The notes below the pieces were generated by a model. The model ran no database searches, had not been told where the DNA came from, and was given only the letters and a program-made list of their open reading frames with translations. A program made the translations under genes and the position numbers. 64,000 bases of DNA from Eledone cirrhosa (taxonomy: Eukaryota). The DNA lies in NCBI GenBank assembly GCA_964016885.1, contig OZ024744.1:103292001-103356000 (forward strand), given 5' to 3'. Each line of letters starts with the position of its first letter. The stretch's first letter is position 1. This document shows, piece after piece, positions 15,101 through 31,300 of the stretch.

Positions 15101-15840
15101 GTATATCACCAACACTAGGTAGGTTATCAGGTTTATGACACAGAAGAATATAGTAGGTGTGTATATCACTAACACTAGGTAGGGTATCATGTTTATGACA
15201 CAGAAGAATGTAGTAGGTGTGTATATCACCAACACTAGGTAGGTTATCATGTTTATGACACAGAAGAATGTAGTAGGTGTGTATATCACCAACACTAGGT
15301 AGGTTATCATGTTTATGACATAGAAGAATGTAGTAGGTGTGTAAATCACCAACACTAGGTAGGTTATCATGTTTATGACACAGAAGAATGTAGTAGGTGT
15401 GTATGTCACCAACACTAGGTAGGTTATCATGTTTATGACACAGAAGAATGTAGTAGGTGTGTATGTCACCAACACTAGGTAGGTTATCATGTTTATGACA
15501 CAGAAGAATGTAGTAGGTGTGTATATCACCAACACTAGGTAGGTTATCATGTTTATGACATAGAAGAATGTAGTAGGTGTGTATATCACCAACAATAGGT
15601 AGGTTATCATGTTTATGACATAGAAGAATGTAGTAGGTGTGTATACCACCAACACTAGGTAGGTTATCATGTTTATGACATAGAAGAATGTAGTAGGTGT
15701 GTATATCACCAACACTAGGTAGGTTATCATGTTTATGACACAGAGGAACGTAGTAGGTGTGTATATCACCAACACTAGGTAGGTTATCATGTTTATGACA
15801 CAGAAGAATGTAGTAGGTGTGTATATCACCAACACTAGGT

Positions 15841-18120
15841 AGGTTAACATGTTTATGACATAGAAGAATGTAGTAGGTGTGTATATCACCAACACTAGGT
15901 AGGTTATCATGTTTATGACACAGAAGAATGTAGTAGGTGTGTATATCACCAACACTAGGTAGGTTATCATGTTTATGACATAGAAGAATGTAGTAGGTGT
16001 GTATATCACCAACACTAGGTAGGTTATCATGTTTATGACATAGAAGAATGTAGTAGGTGTGTATATCACCAACACTAGGTAGGTTAACATGTTTATGACA
16101 TAGAAGAATGTAGTAGGTGTGTATATCACCAACACTAGGTAGGTTATCATGTTTATGACATAGAAGAATGTAGTAGGTGTGTATATATCCAACACTAGGT
16201 AGGTTAACATGTTTATGACATAGAAGAATGTAGTAGGTGTGTAAATCACCAACACTAGGTAGGTTATCATGTTTAAGACATAGAAGAATGTAGTAGGTGT
16301 GTATATCACCAACACTAGGTAGGTTATCATGTTTATGACATAGAAGAATGTAGTAGGTGTGTATACCACCAACACTAGGTAGGTTATCATGTTTATGACA
16401 CAGAAGAATGTAGTAGGTGTGTATATCACCAACACTAGGTAGGTTATCATGTTTATGACATAGAAGAATGTAGTAGGTGTGTAAATCACTAACACTAGGT
16501 AGGTTATCATGTTTATGACACAGAAGAATATAGTAGGTGTGTATATCACCAACACTAGGCAGGTTATCATGTTTATGACATAGAAGAATGTAGTAGGTGT
16601 GTATATCACCAACACTAGGTAGGTTATCATGTTTATGACACAGAGGAACGTAGTAGGTGTGTATATCACCAACACTAGGTAGGTTATCATGTTTATGACA
16701 CAGAAGAATGTAGTAGTTGTGTATATCAGCAACACTAGGTAGGTTATCATGTTTATGACATAGAAGAATGTAGTAGGTGTGTATATCACCAACACTAGGT
16801 AGGTTATCATGTTTATGACATAGAAGAATGTAGTAGATGTGTATATCACCAACACTAGGTAGGTTATCATGTTTATGACATAGAAGAATGTAGTAGGTGT
16901 GTATATCACCAACACAAGGTAGGTTATCATGTTTATGACACAAAAGAATGTAGTAGGTGTGTATATCACCAACACTAGGTAGGTTAACATGTTTATGACA
17001 TAGAAGAATGTAGTAGGTGTGTATATCACCAACACTAGGTAGGTTATCATGTTTATGACACAGAAGAATGTAGTAGGTGTGTATATCACCAACACTAGGT
17101 AGGTTATCATGTTTATGACATAGAAGAATGTAGTAGGTGTGTATATCACCAACACTAGGTAGGTTATCATGTTTATGACATAGAAGAATGTAGTAGGTGT
17201 GTATATCACCAACACTAGGTAGGTTAACATGTTTATGACATAGAAGAATGTAGTAGGTGTGTATATCACCAACACTAGGTAGGTTATCATGTTTATGACA
17301 TAGAAGAATGTAGTAGGTGTGTATATATCCAACACTAGGTAGGTTAACATGTTTATGACATAGAAGAATGTAGTAGGTGTGTAAATCACCAACACTAGGT
17401 AGGTTATCATGTTTAAGACATAGAAGAATGTAGTAGGTGTGTATATCACCAACACTAGGTAGGTTATCATGTTTATGACATAGAAGAATGTAGTAGGTGT
17501 GTATACCACCAACACTAGGTAGGTTATCATGTTTATGACACAGAAGAATGTAGTAGGTGTGTATATCACCAACACTAGGTAGGTTATCATGTTTATGACA
17601 TAGAAGAATGTAGTAGGTGTGTAAATCACTAACACTAGGTAGGTTATCATGTTTATGACACAGAAGAATATAGTAGGTGTGTATATCACCAACACTAGGC
17701 AGGTTATCATGTTTATGACATAGAAGAATGTAGTAGGTGTGTATATCACCAACACTAGGTAGGTTATCATGTTTATGACACAGAGGAACGTAGTAGGTGT
17801 GTATATCACCAACACTAGGTAGGTTATCATGTTTATGACACAGAAGAATGTAGTAGTTGTGTATATCAGCAACACTAGGTAGGTTATCATGTTTATGACA
17901 TAGAAGAATGTAGTAGGTGTGTATATCACCAACACTAGGTAGGTTATCATGTTTATGACATAGAAGAATGTAGTAGATGTGTATATCACCAACACTAGGT
18001 AGGTTATCATGTTTATGACATAGAAGAATGTAGTAGGTGTGTATATCACCAACACAAGGTAGGTTATCATGTTTATGACACAGAAGAATGTAGTAGGTGT
18101 GTATATCACCAACACTAGGT
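15841..18120. repeat. 19-monomer (1140-bp) tandem duplication nested in higher-order copy 2
   Basis: tatatatcc in lines 16141/17281, actaggc 16501/17641, atcagc 16681/17821 and acaagg 16861/18001, all at offset 1140. Confidence 0.92.
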
Positions 18121-21100
18121 AGGTTATCATGTTTATGACATAGAAGAATGTAGTAGGTGTGTATATCACCAACACTAGGTAGGTTATCATGTTTATGACA
18201 TAGAAGAATGTAGTAGGTGTGTATATCACCAACACTAGGTAGGTTATCATGTTTATGACACAGAAGAATGTAGTAGGTGTGTAAATCACCAACACTAGGT
18301 AGGTTATCATGTTTATGACATAGAAGAATGTAGTAGGTGTGTATATCACCAACACTAGGTAGATTATCATGTTTATGACATAGAAGAATGTAGTAGGTGT
18401 GTATATCACCAACACTAGATAGGTTATCATGTTTATGACATAGAAGAATGTAGTAGGTGTGTATATCACCAACACTAGGTAGGTTATCATGTTTATGACA
18501 TAGAAGAATGTAGTAGGTGTGTATATCACCAACACTAGGTAGGTTATCATGTTTATGACACAGAAGAATATAGTAGGTGTGTATATCACTAACACTAGGT
18601 AGGGTATCATGTTTATGACACAGAAAAATGTAGTAGGTGTGTATATCACCAACACTAGGTAGGTTATCATGTTTATGACACAGAAGAATGTAGTAGGTGT
18701 GTATATCACCAACACTAGGTATGTTATCATGTTTATGACATAGAAGAATGTAGTAGGTGTGTAAATCACCAACACTAGGTAGGTTATCATGTTTATGACA
18801 CAGAAGAATGTAGTAGGTGTGTATATCACCAACACTAGGTAGGTTATCATGTTTATGACATAGAAGAATGTAGTAGGTGTGTATATCACCAACACTAGGT
18901 AGGTTATCATGTTTATGACACAGAAGAATGTAGTAGGTGTGTATATCACCAACACTAGGTAGGTTATCATGTTTATAACATAGAAGAATGTAGTAGGTGT
19001 GTATATCACCAACACTAGGTAGGTTATCATGTTTATGACACAGAAGAATGTAGTAGGTGTGTATATCACCAACACTAGGTAGGTTATCATGTTTATGACA
19101 CAGAAGAATGTAGTAGGTGTGTATATCACCAACACTAGGTAGGTTATCATGTTTATGACATAGAAGAATGTAGTAGGTGTGTATACCACCAACACTAGGT
19201 AGGTTATCATGTTTATGACATAGAAGAATGTAGTAGGTGTGTATATCACCAACACTAGGTAGGTTATCATGTTTATGACACAGAGGAACGTAGTAGGTGT
19301 GTATATCACCAACACTAGGTAGGTTATCATGTTTATGACACAGAAGAATGTAGTAGGTGTGTATATCACCAACACTAGGTAGGTTAACATGTTTATGACA
19401 TAGAAGAATGTAGTAGGTGTGTATATCACCAACACTAGGTAGGTTATCATGTTTATGACACAGAAGAATGTAGTAGGTGTGTATATCACCAACACTAGGT
19501 AGGTTATCATGTTTATGACATAGAAGAATGTAGTAGGTGTGTATATCACCAACACTAGGTAGGTTATCATGTTTATGACACAGAAGAATGTAGTAGGTGT
19601 GTATATCACCAACACTAGGTAGGTTATCATGTTTATGACACAGAAGAATGTAGTAGATGTGTATATCACCAACACTAGGTAGGTTATCATGTTTATGACA
19701 TAGAAGAATGTAGTAGGTGTGTATATATCCAACACTAGGTAGGTTAACATGTTTATGACATAGAAGAATGTAGTAGGTGTGTAAATCACCAACACTAGGT
19801 AGGTTATCATGTTTAAGACATAGAAGAATGTAGTAGGTGTGTATATCACCAACACTAGGTAGGTTATCATGTTTATGACATAGAAGAATGTAGTAGGTGT
19901 GTATACCACCAACACTAGGTAGGTTATCATGTTTATGACACAGAAGAATGTAGTAGGTGTGTATATCACCAACACTAGGTAGGTTATCATGTTTATGACA
20001 TAGAAGAATGTAGTAGGTGTGTATATCACCAACACTAGGTAGGTTATCATGTTTATGACATAGAAGAATATAGTAGGTGTGTATATCACCAACACTAGGT
20101 AGGTTATCATGTTTATGACATAGAAGAATGTAGTAGGTGTGTATATCACCAACACTAGGTAGGTTATCATGTTTATGACACAGACGAATGTAGTAGGTGT
20201 GTATATCACCAACACTAGGTAGGTTATCATGTTTATGACATAGAAGAATGTAGTAGGTGTGTATATCACCAACACTAGGTAGGTTATCATGTTTATGACA
20301 CAGACGAATGTAGTAGGTGTGTATATCACCAACACTAGGTAGGTTATCATGTTTATGACATAGAAGAATGTAGTAGGTGTGTATATCACCAACACTAGGT
20401 AGGTTATCATGTTTATGACACAGACGAATGTAGTAGGTGTGTATATCACCAACACTAGGTAGGTTATCATGTTTATGACATAGAAGAATGTAGTAGGTGT
20501 GTATATCACCAACACTAGGTAGGTTATCATGTTTATGACATAGAAGAATGTAGTAGGTGTGTAAATCACCAACACTAGGTAGGTTATCATGTTTATGACA
20601 TAGAAGAATGTAGTAGGTGTGTATATCACCAACACTAGGTAGATTATCATGTTTATGACATAGAAGAATGTAGTAGGTGTGTATATCACCAACACTAGGT
20701 AGGTTATCATGTTTATGACATAGAAGAATGTAGTAGGTGTGTATATCACCAACACTAGGTAGGTTATCATGTTTATGACATAGAAGAATGTAGTAGGTGT
20801 GTATATCACCATCACTAGGTAGGTTATCATGTTTATGACATAGAAGAATGTAGTAGGTGTGTATACCACCAACACTAGGTAGGTTATCATGTTTATGACA
20901 CAGAAGAATGTAGTAGGTGTGTATATCACCAACACTAGGTAGGTTATCATGTTTATGACATAGAAGAATGTAGTAGATGTGTATATCACCAACACTAGGT
21001 AGGTTATCATGTTTATGACATAGAAGAATGTAGTAGGTGTGTATACCACCAACACTAGGTAGGTTATCATGTTTATGCCACAGAAGAATGTAGTAGGTGT

Positions 21101-23100
21101 GTATATCACCAACACTAGGTAGGTTATCATGTTTATGACATAGAAGAATGTAGTAGATGTGTATATCACCAACACTAGGTAGGTTATCATGTTTATGACA
21201 CAGAAGAATGTAGTAGGTGTGTATATCACCAACACTAGGTAGGTTATCATGTTTATGACATAGAAGAATGTAGTAGGTGTGTATATCACCAACACTAGGT
21301 AGGTTATCATGTTTATGACATAGAAGAATGTAGTAGGTGTGTATATCACCAACACTAGGTAGGTTATCATGTTTATGACATAGAAGAATGTAGTAGGTGT
21401 GTATATCACCAACACTAGGTAGATTATCATGTTTATGACATAGAAGAATGTAGTAGGTGTGTATATCACCAACACTAGGTAGGTTAACATGTTTATGACA
21501 TAGAAGAATGTAGTAGGTGTGTATGTCACCAACACTAGGTAGGTTATCATGTTTATGACATAGAAGAATGTAGTAGGTGTGTATATCACCAACACTAGGT
21601 AGGTTATCATGTTTATGACATAGAAGAATGTAGTAGGTGTGTATATCACCAACACTAGGTAGGTTATCAGGTTTATGACACAGAAGAATATAGTAGGTGT
21701 GTATATCACTAACACTAGGTAGGGTATCATGTTTATGACACAGAAGAATGTAGTAGGTGTGTATATCACCAACACTAGGTAGGTTATCATGTTTATGACA
21801 CAGAAGAATGTAGTAGGTGTGTATATCACCAACACTAGGTAGGTTATCATGTTTATGACATAGAAGAATGTAGTAGGTGTGTAAATCACCAACACTAGGT
21901 AGGTTATCATGTTTATGACACAGAAGAATGTAGTAGGTGTGTATGTCACCAACACTAGGTAGGTTATCATGTTTATGACACAGAAGAATGTAGTAGGTGT
22001 GTATGTCACCAACACTAGGTAGGTTATCATGTTTATGACACAGAAGAATGTAGTAGGTGTGTATATCACCAACACTAGGTAGGTTATCATGTTTATGACA
22101 TAGAAGAATGTAGTAGGTGTGTATATCACCAACAATAGGTAGGTTATCATGTTTATGACATAGAAGAATGTAGTAGGTGTGTATACCACCAACACTAGGT
22201 AGGTTATCATGTTTATGACATAGAAGAATGTAGTAGGTGTGTATATCACCAACACTAGGTAGGTTATCATGTTTATGACACAGAGGAACGTAGTAGGTGT
22301 GTATATCACCAACACTAGGTAGGTTATCATGTTTATGACACAGAAGAATGTAGTAGGTGTGTATATCACCAACACTAGGTAGGTTAACATGTTTATGACA
22401 TAGAAGAATGTAGTAGGTGTGTATATCACCAACACTAGGTAGGTTATCATGTTTATGACACAGAAGAATGTAGTAGGTGTGTATATCACCAACACTAGGT
22501 AGGTTATCATGTTTATGACATAGAAGAATGTAGTAGGTGTGTATATCACCAACACTAGGTAGGTTATCATGTTTATGACATAGAAGAATGTAGTAGGTGT
22601 GTATATCACCAACACTAGGTAGGTTAACATGTTTATGACATAGAAGAATGTAGTAGGTGTGTATATCACCAACACTAGGTAGGTTATCATGTTTATGACA
22701 TAGAAGAATGTAGTAGGTGTGTATATATCCAACACTAGGTAGGTTAACATGTTTATGACATAGAAGAATGTAGTAGGTGTGTAAATCACCAACACTAGGT
22801 AGGTTATCATGTTTAAGACATAGAAGAATGTAGTAGGTGTGTATATCACCAACACTAGGTAGGTTATCATGTTTATGACATAGAAGAATGTAGTAGGTGT
22901 GTATACCACCAACACTAGGTAGGTTATCATGTTTATGACACAGAAGAATGTAGTAGGTGTGTATATCACCAACACTAGGTAGGTTATCATGTTTATGACA
23001 TAGAAGAATGTAGTAGGTGTGTAAATCACTAACACTAGGTAGGTTATCATGTTTATGACACAGAAGAATATAGTAGGTGTGTATATCACCAACACTAGGC

Positions 23101-26100
23101 AGGTTATCATGTTTATGACATAGAAGAATGTAGTAGGTGTGTATATCACCAACACTAGGTAGGTTATCATGTTTATGACACAGAGGAACGTAGTAGGTGT
23201 GTATATCACCAACACTAGGTAGGTTATCATGTTTATGACACAGAAGAATGTAGTAGTTGTGTATATCAGCAACACTAGGTAGGTTATCATGTTTATGACA
23301 TAGAAGAATGTAGTAGGTGTGTATATCACCAACACTAGGTAGGTTATCATGTTTATGACATAGAAGAATGTAGTAGATGTGTATATCACCAACACTAGGT
23401 AGGTTATCATGTTTATGACATAGAAGAATGTAGTAGGTGTGTATATCACCAACACAAGGTAGGTTATCATGTTTATGACACAAAAGAATGTAGTAGGTGT
23501 GTATATCACCAACACTAGGTAGGTTAACATGTTTATGACATAGAAGAATGTAGTAGGTGTGTATATCACCAACACTAGGTAGGTTATCATGTTTATGACA
23601 TAGAAGAATGTAGTAGGTGTGTATATCACCAACACTAGGTAGGTTATCATGTTTATGACACAGAAGAATGTAGTAGGTGTGTAAATCACCAACACTAGGT
23701 AGGTTATCATGTTTATGACATAGAAGAATGTAGTAGGTGTGTATATCACCAACACTAGGTAGATTATCATGTTTATGACATAGAAGAATGTAGTAGGTGT
23801 GTATATCACCAACACTAGATAGGTTATCATGTTTATGACATAGAAGAATGTAGTAGGTGTGTATATCACCAACACTAGGTAGGTTATCATGTTTATGACA
23901 TAGAAGAATGTAGTAGGTGTGTATATCACCAACACTAGGTAGGTTATCATGTTTATGACACAGAAGAATATAGTAGGTGTGTATATCACTAACACTAGGT
24001 AGGGTATCATGTTTATGACACAGAAGAATGTAGTAGGTGTGTATATCACCAACACTAGGTAGGTTATCATGTTTATGACACAGAAGAATGTAGTAGGTGT
24101 GTATATCACCAACACTAGGTATGTTATCATGTTTATGACATAGAAGAATGTAGTAGGTGTGTAAATCACCAACACTAGGTAGGTTATCATGTTTATGACA
24201 CAGAAGAATGTAGTAGGTGTGTATATCACCAACACTAGGTAGGTTATCATGTTTATGACATAGAAGAATGTAGTAGGTGTGTATATCACCAACACTAGGT
24301 AGGTTATCATGTTTATGACACAGAAGAATGTAGTAGGTGTGTATATCACCAACACTAGGTAGGTTATCATGTTTATAACATAGAAGAATGTAGTAGGTGT
24401 GTATATCACCAACACTAGGTAGGTTATCATGTTTATGACACAGAAGAATGTAGTAGGTGTGTATATCACCAACACTAGGTAGGTTATCATGTTTATGACA
24501 CAGAAGAATGTAGTAGGTGTGTATATCACCAACACTAGGTAGGTTATCATGTTTATGACATAGAAGAATGTAGTAGGTGTGTATACCACCAACACTAGGT
24601 AGGTTATCATGTTTATGACATAGAAGAATGTAGTAGGTGTGTATATCACCAACACTAGGTAGGTTATCATGTTTATGACACAGAGGAACGTAGTAGGTGT
24701 GTATATCACCAACACTAGGTAGGTTATCATGTTTATGACACAGAAGAATGTAGTAGGTGTGTATATCACCAACACTAGGTAGGTTAACATGTTTATGACA
24801 TAGAAGAATGTAGTAGGTGTGTATATCACCAACACTAGGTAGGTTATCATGTTTATGACACAGAAGAATGTAGTAGATGTGTATATCACCAACACTAGGT
24901 AGGTTATCATGTTTATGACATAGAAGAATGTAGTAGGTGTGTATATATCCAACACTAGGTAGGTTAACATGTTTATGACATAGAAGAATGTAGTAGGTGT
25001 GTAAATCACCAACACTAGGTAGGTTATCATGTTTAAGACATAGAAGAATGTAGTAGGTGTGTATACCACCAACACTAGGTAGGTTATCATGTTTATGACA
25101 CAGAAGAATGTAGTAGGTGTGTATATCACCAACACTAGGTAGGTTATCATGTTTATGACATAGAAGAATGTAGTAGGTGTGTATATCACCAACACTAGGT
25201 AGGTTATCATGTTTATGACATAGAAGAATATAGTAGGTGTGTATATCACCAACACTAGGTAGGTTATCATGTTTATGACATAGAAGAATGTAGTAGGTGT
25301 GTATATCACCAACACTAGGTAGGTTATCATGTTTATGACACAGAGGAACGTAGTAGGTGTGTATATCACCAACACTAGGTAGGTTATCATGTTTATGACA
25401 CAGAAGAATGTAGTAGTTGTGTATATCAGCAACACTAGGTAGGTTATCATGTTTATGACATAGAAGAATGTAGTAGGTGTGTATATCACCAACACTAGGT
25501 AGGTTATCATGTTTATGACATAGAAGAATGTAGTAGATGTGTATATCACCAACACTAGGTAGGTTATCATGTTTATGACATAGAAGAATGTAGTAGGTGT
25601 GTATATCACCAACACAAGGTAGGTTATCATGTTTATGACACAGAAGAATGTAGTAGGTGTGTATATCACCAACACTAGGTAGGTTATCATGTTTATGACA
25701 TAGAAGAATGTAGTAGGTGTGTATATCACCAACACTAGGTAGGTTATCATGTTTATGACATAGAAGAATGTAGTAGGTGTGTATATCACCAACACTAGGT
25801 AGGTTATCATGTTTATGACACAGAAGAATGTAGTAGGTGTGTAAATCACCAACACTAGGTAGGTTATCATGTTTATGACATAGAAGAATGTAGTAGGTGT
25901 GTATATCACCAACACTAGGTAGATTATCATGTTTATGACATAGAAGAATGTAGTAGGTGTGTATATCACCAACACTAGATAGGTTATCATGTTTATGACA
26001 TAGAAGAATGTAGTAGGTGTGTATATCACCAACACTAGGTAGGTTATCATGTTTATGACATAGAAGAATGTAGTAGGTGTGTATATCACCAACACTAGGT

Positions 26101-27600
26101 AGGTTATCATGTTTATGACACAGAAGAATATAGTAGGTGTGTATATCACTAACACTAGGTAGGGTATCATGTTTATGACACAGAAGAATGTAGTAGGTGT
26201 GTATATCACCAACACTAGGTAGGTTATCATGTTTATGACACAGAAGAATGTAGTAGGTGTGTATATCACCAACACTAGGTATGTTATCATGTTTATGACA
26301 TAGAAGAATGTAGTAGGTGTGTAAATCACCAACACTAGGTAGGTTATCATGTTTATGACATAGAAGAATGTAGTAGGTGTGTATATCACCAACACTAGGT
26401 AGGTTATCATGTTTATGACACAGAGGAATGTAGTAGGTGTGTATATCACCAACACTAGGTAGGTTATCATGTTTATAACATAGAAGAATGTAGTAGGTGT
26501 GTATATCACCAACACTAGGTAGGTTATCATGTTTATGACACAGAAGAATGTAGTAGGTGTGTATATCACCAACACTAGGTAGGTTATCATGTTTATGACA
26601 CAGAAGAATGTAGTAGGTGTGTATATCACCAACACTAGGTAGGTTATCATGTTTATGACATAGAAGAATGTAGTAGGTGTGTATACCACCAACACTAGGT
26701 AGGTTATCATGTTTATGACATAGAAGAATGTAGTAGGTGTGTATATCACCAACACTAGGTAGGTTATCATGTTTATGACACAGAGGAACGTAGTAGGTGT
26801 GTATATCACCAACACTAGGTAGGTTATCATGTTTATGACACAGAAGAATGTAGTAGGTGTGTATATCACCAACACTAGGTAGGTTAACATGTTTATGACA
26901 TAGAAGAATGTAGTAGGTGTGTATATCACCAACACTAGGTAGGTTATCATGTTTATGACACAGAAGAATGTAGTAGGTGTGTATATCACCAACACTAGGT
27001 AGGTTATCATGTTTATGACATAGAAGAATGTAGTAGGTGTGTATATCACCAACACTAGGTAGGTTATCATGTTTATGACACAGAAGAATGTAGTAGGTGT
27101 GTATATCACCAACACTAGGTAGGTTATCATGTTTATGACACAGAAGAATGTAGTAGATGTGTATATCACCAACACTAGGTAGGTTATCATGTTTATGACA
27201 TAGAAGAATGTAGTAGGTGTGTATATATCCAACACTAGGTAGGTTAACATGTTTATGACATAGAAGAATGTAGTAGGTGTGTAAATCACCAACACTAGGT
27301 AGGTTATCATGTTTAAGACATAGAAGAATGTAGTAGGTGTGTATATCACCAACACTAGGTAGGTTATCATGTTTATGACATAGAAGAATGTAGTAGGTGT
27401 GTATACCACCAACACTAGGTAGGTTATCATGTTTATGACACAGAAGAATGTAGTAGGTGTGTATATCACCAACACTAGGTAGGTTATCATGTTTATGACA
27501 TAGAAGAATGTAGTAGGTGTGTATATCACCAACACTAGGTAGGTTATCATGTTTATGACATAGAAGAATATAGTAGGTGTGTATATCACCAACACTAGGT
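23101..27600. repeat. About 36-monomer (2160-bp) imperfect tandem duplication nested in higher-order copy 3
   Basis: atcagc in lines 23221/25381, actagat 23761/25921 and atgttat 24121/26281 at offset 2160. The offset later changes through whole-monomer gains and losses. Confidence 0.85.
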
Positions 27601-28316
27601 AGGTTATCATGTTTATGACATAGAAGAATGTAGTAGGTGTGTATATCACCAACACTAGGTAGGTTATCATGTTTATGACACAGACGAATGTAGTAGGTGT
27701 GTATATCACCAACACTAGGTAGGTTATCATGTTTATGACATAGAAGAATGTAGTAGGTGTGTATATCACCAACACTAGGTAGGTTATCATGTTTATGACA
27801 CAGACGAATGTAGTAGGTGTGTATATCACCAACACTAGGTAGGTTATCATGTTTATGACATAGAAGAATGTAGTAGGTGTGTATATCACCAACACTAGGT
27901 AGGTTATCATGTTTATGACACAGACGAATGTAGTAGGTGTGTATATCACCAACACTAGGTAGGTTATCATGTTTATGACATAGAAGAATGTAGTAGGTGT
28001 GTATATCACCAACACTAGGTAGGTTATCATGTTTATGACATAGAAGAATGTAGTAGGTGTGTAAATCACCAACACTAGGTAGGTTATCATGTTTATGACA
28101 TAGAAGAATGTAGTAGGTGTGTATATCACCAACACTAGGTAGATTATCATGTTTATGACATAGAAGAATGTAGTAGGTGTGTATATCACCAACACTAGGT
28201 AGGTTATCATGTTTATGACATAGAAGAATGTAGTAGGTGTGTATATCACCAACACTAGGTAGGTTATCATGTTTATGACATAGAAGAATGTAGTAGGTGT
28301 GTATATCACCAACACT

Positions 28317-28320
28317 AGTA
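28317..28320. other. 1-bp deletion of G in a monomer (59-bp unit)
   Basis: ctaggtagg reads ctagtagg, and the array phase shifts by -1 afterwards. Confidence 0.95.
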
Positions 28321-31300
28321 GGTTATCATGTTTATGACATAGAAGAATGTAGTAGGTGTGTATACCACCAACACTAGGTAGGTTATCATGTTTATGACAC
28401 AGAAGAATGTAGTAGGTGTGTATATCACCAACACTAGGTAGGTTATCATGCTTATGACATAGAAGAATGTAGTAGATGTGTATATCACCAACACTAGGTA
28501 GGTTATCATGTTTATGACATAGAAGAATGTAGTAGGTGTGTATACCACCAACACTAGGTAGGTTATCATGTTTATGCCACAGAAGAATGTAGTAGGTGTG
28601 TATATCACCAACACTAGGTAGGTTATCATGTTTATGACATAGAAGAATGTAGTAGATGTGTATATCACCAACACTAGGTAGGTTATCATGTTTATGACAC
28701 AGAAGAATGTAGTAGGTGTGTATATCACCAACACTAGGTAGGTTATCATGTTTATGACATAGAAGAATGTAGTAGGTGTGTATATCACCAACACTAGGTA
28801 GGTTATCATGTTTATGACATAGAAGAATGTAGTAGGTGTGTATATCACCAGCACTAGGTAGGTTATCATGTTTATGACATAGAAGAATGTAGTAGGTGTG
28901 TATATCACCAACACTAGGTAGATTATCATGTTTATGACATAGAAGAATGTAGTAGGTGTGTATATCACCAACACTAGGTAGGTTATCATGTTTATGACAT
29001 AGAAGAATGTAGTAGGTGTGTATATCACCAACACTAGGTAGATTATCATGTTTATGACATAGAAGAATGTAGTAGGTGTGTATATCACCAACACTAGGTA
29101 GGTTAACATGTTTATGACATAGAAGAATGTAGTAGGTGTGTATGTCACCAACACTAGGTAGGTTATCATGTTTATGACATAGAAGAATGTAGTAGGTGTG
29201 TATATCACCAACACTAGGTAGGTTATCATGTTTATGACATAGAAGAATGTAGTAGGTGTGTATATCACCAACACTAGGTAGGTTATCAGGTTTATGACAC
29301 AGAAGAATATAGTAGGTGTGTATATCACTAACACTAGGTAGGGTATCATGTTTATGACACAGAAGAATGTAGTAGGTGTGTATATCACCAACACTAGGTA
29401 GGTTATCATGTTTATGACACAGAAGAATGTAGTAGGTGTGTATATCACCAACACTAGGTAGGTTATCATGTTTATGACATAGAAGAATGTAGTAGGTGTG
29501 TAAATCACCAACACTAGGTAGGTTATCATGTTTATGACACAGAAGAATGTAGTAGGTGTGTATGTCACCAACACTAGGTAGGTTATCATGTTTATGACAC
29601 AGAAGAATGTAGTAGGTGTGTATGTCACCAACACTAGGTAGGTTATCATGTTTATGACACAGAAGAATGTAGTAGGTGTGTATATCACCAACACTAGGTA
29701 GGTTATCATGTTTATGACATAGAAGAATGTAGTAGGTGTGTATATCACCAACAATAGGTAGGTTATCATGTTTATGACATAGAAGAATGTAGTAGGTGTG
29801 TATACCACCAACACTAGGTAGGTTATCATGTTTATGACATAGAAGAATGTAGTAGGTGTGTATATCACCAACACTAGGTAGGTTATCATGTTTATGACAC
29901 AGAGGAACGTAGTAGGTGTGTATATCACCAACACTAGGTAGGTTATCATGTTTATGACACAGAAGAATGTAGTAGGTGTGTATATCACCAACACTAGGTA
30001 GGTTAACATGTTTATGACATAGAAGAATGTAGTAGGTGTGTATATCACCAACACTAGGTAGGTTATCATGTTTATGACACAGAAGAATGTAGTAGGTGTG
30101 TATATCACCAACACTAGGTAGGTTATCATGTTTATGACATAGAAGAATGTAGTAGGTGTGTATATCACCAACACTAGGTAGGTTATCATGTTTATGACAT
30201 AGAAGAATGTAGTAGGTGTGTATATCACCAACACTAGGTAGGTTAACATGTTTATGACATAGAAGAATGTAGTAGGTGTGTATATCACCAACACTAGGTA
30301 GGTTATCATGTTTATGACATAGAAGAATGTAGTAGGTGTGTATATATCCAACACTAGGTAGGTTAACATGTTTATGACATAGAAGAATGTAGTAGGTGTG
30401 TAAATCACCAACACTAGGTAGGTTATCATGTTTAAGACATAGAAGAATGTAGTAGGTGTGTATATCACCAACACTAGGTAGGTTATCATGTTTATGACAT
30501 AGAAGAATGTAGTAGGTGTGTATACCACCAACACTAGGTAGGTTATCATGTTTATGACACAGAAGAATGTAGTAGGTGTGTATATCACCAACACTAGGTA
30601 GGTTATCATGTTTATGACATAGAAGAATGTAGTAGGTGTGTAAATCACTAACACTAGGTAGGTTATCATGTTTATGACACAGAAGAATATAGTAGGTGTG
30701 TATATCACCAACACTAGGCAGGTTATCATGTTTATGACATAGAAGAATGTAGTAGGTGTGTATATCACCAACACTAGGTAGGTTATCATGTTTATGACAC
30801 AGAGGAACGTAGTAGGTGTGTATATCACCAACACTAGGTAGGTTATCATGTTTATGACACAGAAGAATGTAGTAGTTGTGTATATCAGCAACACTAGGTA
30901 GGTTATCATGTTTATGACATAGAAGAATGTAGTAGGTGTGTATATCACCAACACTAGGTAGGTTATCATGTTTATGACATAGAAGAATGTAGTAGATGTG
31001 TATATCACCAACACTAGGTAGGTTATCATGTTTATGACATAGAAGAATGTAGTAGGTGTGTATATCACCAACACAAGGTAGGTTATCATGTTTATGACAT
31101 AGAAGAATGTAGTAGGTGTGTATATCACCAACACTAGGTAGGTTATCATGTTTATGACATAGAAGAATGTAGTAGGTGTGTATATCACCAACACTAGGTA
31201 GGTTATCATGTTTATGACACAGAAGAATGTAGTAGGTGTGTAAATCACCAACACTAGGTAGGTTATCATGTTTATGACATAGAAGAATGTAGTAGGTGTG

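Noticed and set aside
7518-23483. 5,321-aa ORF with a defined start
   Set aside because: The start is a TTG created by a point variant (caaaag) in mid-array, and the frame is open upstream of it. It also fully overlaps another equally open frame on the same strand.
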